Part shown: positions 32,917 through 42,645 of the stretch, piece by piece
Position numbering within the stretch: the first letter of the stretch is position 1
Layout: each line of letters starts with the position of its first letter
Source: Octopus sinensis
Lineage: Eukaryota
NCBI RefSeq assembly: GCF_006345805.1
Contig: NW_021835199.1
Span: 1 to 42,645, forward strand
Direction: 5' to 3'
DNA: 42,645 nt
The notes under the pieces: generated by a model
Databases searched by the model: none
What the model was told of the DNA's origin: nothing
Seen by the model: only the letters and a program-made list of their open reading frames with translations
Position numbers and translations under genes: made by a program

Positions 32917-34261
32917 CATAGAAGTACAAAACGCTTGTGGTGGGCAGAGACAACATAAATTTTACACTTATTATATAGGATATAAATATTCGGAAGACAG
33001 GATACAAATTGTGGTTAAAAGATTTGTTTCTCAACCACGTGGTTCTGGATTCAATCCGACTGCGCAACATGTAGGAGACATACAATTACCTGATCAATGG
33101 CTTCTGAATAAGATTTGGTGACAAAGTGTGCGGAAGTATGTCGTATGTGTGAGTGTGTGAATATCAACGAAAGACATAACAAATTGGCCAGAAAAACAAA
33201 TTGGTGCGTAGAACAAAAAATACCATGTGGTAATTTTTTCATCCATGTTGCACAGACACTACAATGTTAGTCTCGCCCTCAGACTTGTAATGAACTAACG
33301 ATTGTTCCGCTTGTTAACAATCTAAAACTAGCGACGCTATTGTTCAGAAAATGCACGATATAATAAATAGATAAATAAATAACCTAATTCCCATTCATGG
33401 TTTGAACTTTTAAAGGGGGTGGGTAACTTAATGTACCTGAAGGTTTTTACGTTGCTGCTATACCATTTTTACGTCTTCGGTGAACTTTGATCCCTTAATT
33501 ACTGATTTGAAACACTGGTGGCCTTAAACTACCAAACTTTGCAGAGATTGGATGGTCGATTAGGTCAATTTTAACATATATATCGATCTCAGAAGGATGT
33601 AAAATGCAAAGTCTACCACAGCAGAGTTTGGACTTAAAAGGTTATAGGAAATCGCTAAATATTATTAGAAAGGAGAATGGAATCAGTGTGACGATGAACC
33701 GTTCACAACAACCAGTGCTACACAATACTGTCATGGCTTAATAGATAAGATATTAATAGATAAAATATAAAATATTGCTCGGTAGGACAGCAAAGGAGCA
33801 TACAAAAAAAGATACGAAAACAAAAACCAGAAAACGGACACACAAAGGACGTGGACACAGTCTGTCTTCAGTTATCGACCAAGAAATCATCGCGATTGCA
33901 ACACGTTTCGATACAATTGTTTAGTCTGGCGATGTCTGGGATATAAATGAGCGGAAAATAAAGGACGAACACGAACAGAAAATGTAAGACAAGAAGAAGA
34001 AGAAAAGACAAGGCCTTTAGTCCGGACGAAGGGCGAATGATGAGAAGAATGGGAAAAATAAATAAAACGAAAGGACAGTAATAGATTGTTAGACAGACGT
34101 TCATTGATGTCTAGGCTTAGATGGGAGGATAAGGTAGACTATTTGAGTGCAAATTATAAACACAAGCTGCTGAGTGGTTCGAGTTAAGTACACATTTGAA
34201 GGATTAAGGATTATATTATATTTTATATATAATCCTTTATAATCCTTTATAGTTATAATTG

Positions 34262-34470
34262 TTTAAAATTTTGGCACAAAGCCAGTAATTTTAAAGAGTG
34301 AGCGTTTGTCGATTATATCCACTCCAATGCTCAACTATTACATATTTTATGTGCCAGCATGGAGAGGAAAGGCAAACCACGGCCGAATTTGAACTTATAG
34401 CGTAATGAGTCAGAAGAAATGTCGCTCGGTATTTCAGCCGACGGGCTAACCATTCTACAAGCTTGTAGCC
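34262..34470 (-). mobile_element. SINE family 2, diverged full length
   Basis: AAATTTTGGCACAAAGCCAG...GAATTTGAACTTATAGCGTAA...GGCTAACCATTCT. Confidence 0.7.
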
Positions 34471-34829
34471 TTTTTTATAATTACAAACGAAAAAGAAAAT
34501 ATTGACTAATTAATTGGGTCCCACTGATTTCTGAGTTCCCTACATCGTTTCTCCAAATCCTGACTTCGATTTACTCTGGGTCGATGTAACTTTTCATTGG
34601 TTTTCTTTTAGGTTCACTTTGATAAGTGCCAAGCGTGCATGCACTGAATTTCGTTGGATAGACAGCTTTCTTTTGAAAACATGTTATAATTGGTAATTAG
34701 AAACTCTATTTATACGCGGGATGAGTCGTAAATAATATATGAAAAAAGGAAAGAAAAGTAGGAAAAAAGAAAGATTGCTCCAGCAGGGTCATACACCTAT
34801 CTTGTGGGAGGAATCAGTCAATAAATAAA

Positions 34830-34985
34830 TTCAAACTTTGGCGCAAGGCCACTCAATCCAAGAGAAAGGATGTAACAACATATTATAATATGGTATCTTA
34901 CTGTATCGAAGAATACTGCAGGGACAAAAAGCAAAGCGCTGACCTCAGTGGAATTCGAACTCACAACGTTTAAGGCAGTAAATAT
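34830..34985 (-). mobile_element. SINE family 2, diverged fragment
   Basis: CAAACTTTGGCGCAAGGCC...GACCTCAGTGGAATTCGAACTCACAACG. Confidence 0.6.
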
Positions 34986-35112
34986 AATAGAACAGCGCTT
35001 CTTAGGAATACATCAGTGATTTTCTTATCTCTACCAAAATGGATCGCAGCAAATATTTTTTTCGTTTTCCTTTCGTATCAAAACCTCAAAGCTTGCTTAA
35101 GCGTGTCTGCAT

Positions 35113-35487
35113 GACGCAGGCGTGGCTGAGTGATTAAGAGGTTTACTTTGCAGCCACGTGGTTTCCAGTTCACTCCCACTGCATGGCACCTGGGGCGAGT
35201 AAATTTGCTAGATGGGAATTGTGCGGAAGCCTATCATGTGTATGTGTGTGTGTGTGTGTGTGTGTCTGTGTTCGCGTGTCACCCCTCCCAACCACTTGAA
35301 AACCGATGTTGCTTTGTTTACGTCCCTTTAATTTAGTGGTTTGGCAAAAGAGGTCATCGGGATAAGTACCACATTTTAAAAAGAAAACATAAGTGCTGAG
35401 GTTGATTTGTTCGACTAAAACCTTTCAAAGCGTTGCCCCAGCATGGCCGCAGTTCAATTATTGAAACAATTAAATGATAAAAGAAGA
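35113..35487 (+). mobile_element. SINE family 1, full length
   Basis: GCAGGCGTGGCTGAGTG...CCCACTGCATGGCACC...GCCCCAGCATGGCCGCAG. Confidence 0.82.
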
Positions 35488-36244
35488 GTGTATGTGTGAG
35501 CGTGGAGGAAAAAGAGAGAGAGAGAGAGAGAGAGATGAGGGAGAGAGAGACAGAGAGACAGAGAGAGAGACACACAGAGACACAGAGAGAGACAGAGAGA
35601 GACAGAGGGAGAGAGAGAAACAAAGGTTGTAACGCATTGAATTTCATTCAACAGTCTGCCAATCCAAACGTATTTGAATATAAGCATATATATATACATA
35701 TATTGCGTGTATATAAGACATGTGTGTGTGTATGTATGTATGTGTGTATGTATGTATGTATGTATGTATGTATGTATGTATGTATGTATGTATGTATGTA
35801 CGTATGCATGTGTGGTTTTTATATTCAAAATTTCTCCCGAAAAGAAATGGTTGGTTTCCAACGGAGCAAAAAGGGCCGTTTTACTGGAATTAGACAATAT
35901 CGATAAAACGAGCGGTTCAGGTTCTGTATTTGCATACGAATGTGGACCTAGATGAATGTCTGTGGGGTTGCGTATGTCTGCGCAAGTATTTGTATGTTTC
36001 ATTTTCTGTACGTGTACTCAATGATATACAGTCGCACGTCTAGACATGTACAGATGTATATAAGTTTGTATGTATTTATGTATGTACAAATGTGTAGGCT
36101 TTAATCCAAAAGTGATTCTGTGTATATCTTCATTCTAGGAAAACTCATATGGAGAATCTTTGGAATGTCTTACAAATATTCACTATTCACTCACGAATCC
36201 ATTTACATTTTTTTTTTGTTAGGGTTTTTTCTTTGGAAAACGTC

Positions 36245-37640
36245 ATAATTTCTCGGCTTTATGCAGACCTGTTGTTACATGACTCAGTGCAGCTCTAATA
36301 ATTGGTACAAGAGGGAAGATATAGCCAGGATAAAAGAGCCGAAGATTCCGCAAAGGCAAGACATCCTTTCTGCTGGACAACAGAACACTGGAACATTAAA
36401 TGGCATTTGTTCCCTGCCCCAGAAAACAACTCCAAGCCTGTTATACGTTGCACGAGAACATTGTTTTTATTGAGCCAGTTTATTAAGAATGTATCCACCA
36501 GTATTCTTAATGGAATGGATTCGTTTTGGCTTCGGATGTATCTCTGATTATGACTGCCAGGACAATCCTTCCTGCTAAGAGACTTGTAATTCGTTTTGGC
36601 AAGAGTGCCATGTCTCGTGGGAATGTAGCGCTTTGTGGATCGTTTTTGCTGCTGATAATGTGGTTGGGATTTTCCACACTGGCAAAGTACAATCAACATT
36701 ATCTACAACAACGCATACCTTCGGAGGCATCATTATTCCTTTAATGATTAAGTACTTACAAGCTATCACGTGTTACTGAACAGCTAAGGGATATCCTTCT
36801 GGTGACAATGTGTCTGTCACAGGTCCAGGAAAGGTTACTCTTCTTCTCAGTGTTTTTGTTGTCGTCTAGCTTGTGGGATACAGCGATATGGTAGGCTAGA
36901 GTTTCTCCCCCAAATTTCTGTTGAACTAGGTTATTCCAGCTATTTAGGGGTCACGTAAACACCTCTGCCTTCAAATTACCCATTCACAAACATCTCTGAT
37001 GTTCAGTAGGTGTTCTGTGGGTGATTACCCCAAAGCTCTTTATACAGAACATATAACCTTGTTTCCATCCCTCTGTTTAACCAAATATCCAAGTTTGTGT
37101 CAGATGTTGATACAATGAGCAGTATTGGGATATATTAGTCTTATAGAAACTTGACGGATGTCACTTCCATACCTTTAGAAATCTAAGGAAATCTCTAGCT
37201 TTATGCGCAATACCAATAATTGAAATATTCTCGTAAACTTGGTGATATTTGCCGCATTCTATATTGGCGTTTGAAGAAATGTAATACATCAGCCAATGAT
37301 ATTTATATCCTTCGTTTGGTCAACAGTCTTTCCTCTAATGACTACCAAATTACGAACTCCGAGCCTAGCCAAACACCATTCCTACCTTCCTGAGAATGGT
37401 GTCACCAGTTTTGTCTCCTTCTTCCATTACTATTACCTGAATTTAACTTCAGGTCCTCGTAAAATCCAAGAGTGGCTGACATGAACTTTTCTCCCGTTCG
37501 GCAGATCCGGAAATGTAGCTACAACATTTTTTAATCGAAGGTCCCAGTTACTAAGATAGAAAACCGTATCGATTAGCTGTTGGCCTTGAAATATTCCTTC
37601 GATAAGCTGAAACTACTTGCGATTAAGTTAGCCGCATTGA
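36245..37640 (-). mobile_element. Heavily decayed RLE-type (R4/Dong or Hero-like) non-LTR retrotransposon: RT C-terminus, CCHC knuckle, restriction-like endonuclease
   Basis: Frameshifted motifs in the expected order: KVGMVFG, EGYPLAVQ*HVIACKYL, LCQ/ENPNHIISS/YIPTRHGTLAK, EYWW..SIKT, NLRLFYPGYIFPLVPII.AAL. Confidence 0.75.
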
Positions 37641-37738
37641 TTTTTATTGATAACTTTGTGGATCATGTTGTTTGTCAGTTTTTTAAAAGCATCAACAATG
37701 GCACGTGGCCCCTTGGCAAGGCACGTTGTCTCTAATAT

Positions 37739-37813
<75 letters not shown>

Positions 37814-38209
37814 TGTATGTATGTGTGGATGAATGAATATGTATATGTGAGGATGTATAATGTATGTTTGTATGTGTGTGTGTATGTATGTACGTGCGTG
37901 TAGATGGATGAATGTGTATGTATATGTGGGGATGTATAATGTATGTTTGTGTGTATGAATGGGTAAATGGCTAAGTATTACGCGTGTATGTATTTAAATA
38001 GGTATGTGTGTGTGTCTGTAATTATAAAATTATATATATATATGTACATATATAATGATATATTAAAGTGCATCTGTGTGTGTGAGTGTGTGTGTGTGTG
38101 CGAGTGTGTGTGTACTTTTAAGCATTTTTTGTTTTTGTTCTTGTTTTTCTAAGGTGTTCTGATTGTTAGAATATAGACATATGCATTTGAATAGAAACGT
38201 GTATATGCG

Positions 38210-38240
<31 letters not shown>

Positions 38241-38549
38241 ATAGGTCGTTGCTACAATCCATACGAAAGCTTCAGTACAGTCTCTGTCCAAAGTATCTCT
38301 CCTCAACAGCTTTGCTCAAACTTAAGATCTTGTCAAACACCGAGTTACGATGACTCAACTGGAGATTACATTAAGGGTTCACGTGACTGCGAGACACTCA
38401 ACCATTTACACGTTGATTAAAACATCAGGTAATTCAGTTGATCAACTAACTGAATGGTCGTCGTCGATGCCGGAGGAGATCCATCGTTTTTAATTGAATG
38501 CTTACCTTTCTACATCTATGTACGTATGAATGTTTCTCTGAAGTCTTTT

Positions 38550-38873
38550 CTCTTTTACTTACTTCTCTCATTGAATTGCGGCCATGCTGGGGCACCACCT
38601 CGAAAGGTTTTAGTCAAGATTTTATTCTTATAAGTCTGATAATTATCCTATCGGTTCTCCCTTGCCGAACTGCTAAGTTACGGGAACGGAAACAGACCAA
38701 CACTGGTTGCCAAGTGATGATGGTGTGGAACAAACACAAACACAGATAGATATTCATACATTCATAATTTTAAATTCGGGTTAACACCTTTTTACGTACT
38801 ACATATATGTATATATACACACATATATATATATGCACATATATATACGCATATATATATATGTATATATATT

Positions 38874-38905
<32 letters not shown>

Positions 38906-39060
38906 TGTATTTGAAGGGCTTCTTTCAGTTTCCGTCTAACAAATTCACTTACAAAGTTTTGGTCGGACCAAGATTACAGAAGAGAAAGTGCAAGGCAGTG
39001 TGACCTGGAAACCATGCGGTCAAGAAGCGAAACTCGTTAACCGCACAGCCACACCTGTGA
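38550..39060 (-). mobile_element. SINE family 1, full length with internal (TA)/(TATG) expansion
   Basis: TGCGGCCATGCTGGGGCACC...GGGCTTCTTTCAGTTTCCGTCT...CCGCACAGCCACACCTG. Confidence 0.82.
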
Positions 39061-39249
39061 ACATAACTGTATATGCATGTGCATAGGCCGGTGTGTAAAT
39101 ATGTGTGTGTGTGTGTGTGTGTGTATGAGGATATATGTGGTTGTATATGGTGGTATATGTCGGCGTGCATGTGTCTTTTGTGTGTCTGTATATGCTTATT
39201 GGTGTGTTCATAGGGGGAGGGGGATCAGTGGGTGAATGTTTGCGTACAT

Positions 39250-39460
39250 ATGTGTGTGTGTACATAATTGTGTACATGTGTGTGTGTGTACATAACTGTG
39301 AACATGTGTGTAATGCGCGCGTGTGTGTACATGTGCATGTGTGTGTGTGTACATAATTGTGAACATTTGTGTGTGTATGAGTGTGTGTGTGTGTACATAT
39401 ATGTGTACATGTGCATGTGTGTGTGTGTGTGTGTGTGTTTACATAATTGTGAACATGTGT
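39250..39460. repeat. Minisatellite of (TG)n plus TACATAATTGTGAACAT units
   Basis: Four recognisable cores near 39260, 39289, 39350 and 39440. Confidence 0.75.
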
Positions 39461-39502
39461 GTGTTAGTGTGTGTGTGTGTGTGTGTGTCTGTGTGTGTCT
39501 GT

Positions 39503-39548
<46 letters not shown>

Positions 39549-40395
39549 ATGTGTGTGTGTGTGTAATTTTATCTGCGCAACTACAACTCGCACACAAATC
39601 TGTACTTAGCAACCAAACCATTTTTTCTTTCATTCTTTCTTTCTTTTTTCCTATAATAAACATGGTTACGAGCACTTTATATTGACAAAGATGATGGAGT
39701 GGAGTCTGTTGTTTTGTGGCTGCCGTTGCTGATGCTGCTAATGATGATGATGACGATGACGATGGTGATGACGATGATGGTGATGGTTTGAGCAGTAAAG
39801 TCAATGCAGATAATAATACGTTGTCATGGATCTTGGCGACGAAAATAATTCTGTTGAAAGATAAGAAAGGAGGTGGGGTGGTGTCGGCGGTGGTGTGTGG
39901 TGGTGGTGGTGGTGGTGGTAGCAACAATGATGACAGTGAGGACTATAATGATGATGATGACGAGGAGGAGGAGGAGGAGGGGAAAGAGAGAGAGAGAGAG
40001 AACGGTGAGAAAGAAGGAGAGTATTTGAGGCTATGTTGTTTACTTATATGAACTTATACCTCAGTTTTAGGTTTCCTAGGTATGTGTACATCTGTGTGTG
40101 TGTGTGTGCGTGCGTGTGTGTGTGTGTGTGAGTGAGTCAGTGTGTGTGTCTATATACGCACACGTGTTTCAGAATGTGGGATAACATAAAATAACGTTGA
40201 AATCATTTTAGTCGTAACAACTAATATTTCGAAAGTTCGGCAAAGTATAATATAAATATAATATACCATAATATATGATACAGATAATCTATGTATCACA
40301 TAAATATAACTTATATTATATATGGGCAAATACATGTAAAATATATATATATATTAATACATATATATATATATATATATATAATATAGTATATA

Positions 40396-40436
<41 letters not shown>

Positions 40437-40607
40437 GTATGTATATATAGCATAAATAAGCAATGCGTGTTGTGGGTTTTGTGTTTACCCAGGCGCATAT
40501 GTAAAAAGACTTTTCACAAGTTATCACAGTACTTATTTCGAGCATGTATGTATGTATGTATGTATGTATATATGTATGGATACGTGTATAATGTTATATT
40601 ATATCTC

Positions 40608-40638
<31 letters not shown>

Positions 40639-40875
40639 TATATATAATATATATATATATATACATATACTAAGAAAGTATAAGCGTAGAAAATTTTGAA
40701 AAATTTTCATACCGGTGGCTAGCATGCGTAATAATGTCAATAGACAACTCACACACACACACACACATACACACACACAGACACACACACACACATATAT
40801 ATATATATATGTTTCAATACAACTTCTGCCCACTAAACAGCGTATGTATATACTATCATCGCATACAACAAATAA

Positions 40876-40915
<40 letters not shown>

Positions 40916-42083
40916 GAAATGTGTATATAAAATAAAATTTGGTAATACCTTCTATTTTTGTAACGCAGTCTTTTAGTAAGTCCGGTTTCTTTGTTTCCTT
41001 TTCTGTCAGTTGTTATGCTTGATGTTGTTGTTCCTTGTTATTTCATGAAAGACTTTTTTTTGTTAATACAAACAAACAAATTGCGCTAGACGATGTTTTA
41101 ATGGATGTATTTATATATTTATATGTTTATATATTTATAAATATATATGTATATGTATATATGTATATAAATATTTTATGTTACGTTTCGATGAATAATG
41201 GAATTATATACACATTTGTTTCCATGGATACATAAGATTAATCAAGTGATTTGAATTTTTTTTTTTTAATAACCAATGAATGAAAATTATATATATGTGT
41301 GTATATGTGTGTGAATTATACACGCTTTGCTTTGTAGAGACACATAAATAAGTTAAAAATCTTCCTTAAATAATGGTTACATATACATACATGAATATAT
41401 ACATAAATATATATATATTCTAAAATATATATAAAGATATTAAGAGAGAAAGAGGGTTAGAATGAAAGATAAATGTGTGTGATGTGTTTATATATATATA
41501 AATGTATGTGTGTGTGTGTATATGTATATATATAAATATTTAGTAAAGATATATAAATTATTACATACTTTTCGGTTTTGTTTTCAATAGATATGTATGT
41601 ATATCCAGGTGGAAAGATGGTGTTGATGGATGAACGTGTGTTAAAAATAACAGCAGAAATAAGAGAGAACGGATGGTTTCAAGGATGGATGTGATCACCG
41701 CCAAAAAGGCCACACAGATGTGATTTTCTGGTATATAAATAATGATAATAATTATAAAAATTAATTTACAAAGATCGGGTCCTTTAAGTATAGAATATAT
41801 CTTTTCTTCTTTTTAAATATACAACAATCAGTCGTCGCTTTGTATGTATTAAAATCCAATAGCGAAATATTCGGTAAGACCAAAAGACAAATAATTATAT
41901 AAACGTATATAACTTTTCTTTGTTTCTCTCTTTTGTTAACTATATATATACATATATATATATATATATAGCTTGCTATGTATAGATAGAAATAGATTTA
42001 CATATATATATACATGTCCATGTAAAATGGCAAATGTAAGTGCGTATAAATATATAAATATATGTATATAAATATATGTGTAG

Positions 42084-42122
<39 letters not shown>

Positions 42123-42394
42123 TCTATGTCTATAGCTATCTATCTATGTGTGTGTATATATATATATATGTATATATATAAAACTATATGTGACTGTGTG
42201 TGTGTGTATGTGTGTGTGTGTAAAAAGTGAGTGAGTGTCGCGAGAGATATTACGATTTTCGGAGCTTCGTAAAAAAATTTCCCCTTTTTGACTCTTGGCG
42301 ACAGGTTCCTGTTTTGTACAATGAAAATTAAACCTGTAAAGAGATAGAAGACTCTTTTTGGGTGGTAGTGGGAGGAAAACTTTGCACGAGTGGT

Positions 42395-42473
42395 GGCAGC
42401 AGCAGCAGCAGTAACGGCAGCGGCAGCAGCAGCAGAACATCAGTAGCAGCAGCAACAGTAGTAGTAGTAGTAA

Positions 42474-42538
<65 letters not shown>

Positions 42539-42645
42539 ACAGCAGCAGCAGGTGTAGTAATAGTAGTAGTAACAGCAGCAGCAGGTGTAGTAGTAGTAGT
42601 AGTTAGTAGTAGTAGTAGTAGTAGTACTAGTAGTAGTAGTAGTTA
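42395..42645. repeat. (CAG)n/(TAG)n trinucleotide tract running off the window end
   Basis: Direct reading. Confidence 0.95.

Noticed and set aside
33740-34100. Penelope-like terminal repeat with a hammerhead
   Set aside because: CGTTTCG is present but I found no matching CTGANGA core or stem II, so it cannot be supported.

Overview
Eukaryotic, AT-rich DNA saturated with microsatellites. It is most likely from an octopus (coleoid cephalopod); this is inferred from the repeat families and not from any database match. There is no prokaryotic, CRISPR or rRNA signal. The only protein-coding gene I can support is a minus-strand RBM24/RBM38 (SUP-12/SEB4) family RNA-binding protein. Two coding exons (21019-21195 and 14075-14198), joined across a 6.8 kb GT-AG intron, encode the complete RRM. 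I could not identify its C-terminal exons in the window, and a strong 3' splice site 3 nt before the ATG suggests an upstream 5'UTR exon. The rest is mostly simple repeats, many copies of about three tRNA-derived SINE families, and decayed retroelements: a CR1-type RT, two R4/Dong-like elements with a restriction-like endonuclease, and possible Gypsy and Penelope remnants. Nearly all ORFs in the supplied track are translated microsatellites. The most notable structures are a 101-bp-arm near-perfect inverted repeat (32357-32579), a 104-nt intronic hairpin containing a perfect 5' splice site (9225-9328), a candidate in-frame 447-nt cassette exon that would split the RRM RNP1 motif, a minimal Penelope-type hammerhead ribozyme, a SINE-LINE chimera, and a mosaic duplication with all junctions in microsatellites. 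I cannot demonstrate a new biological system from sequence alone; these are testable leads.
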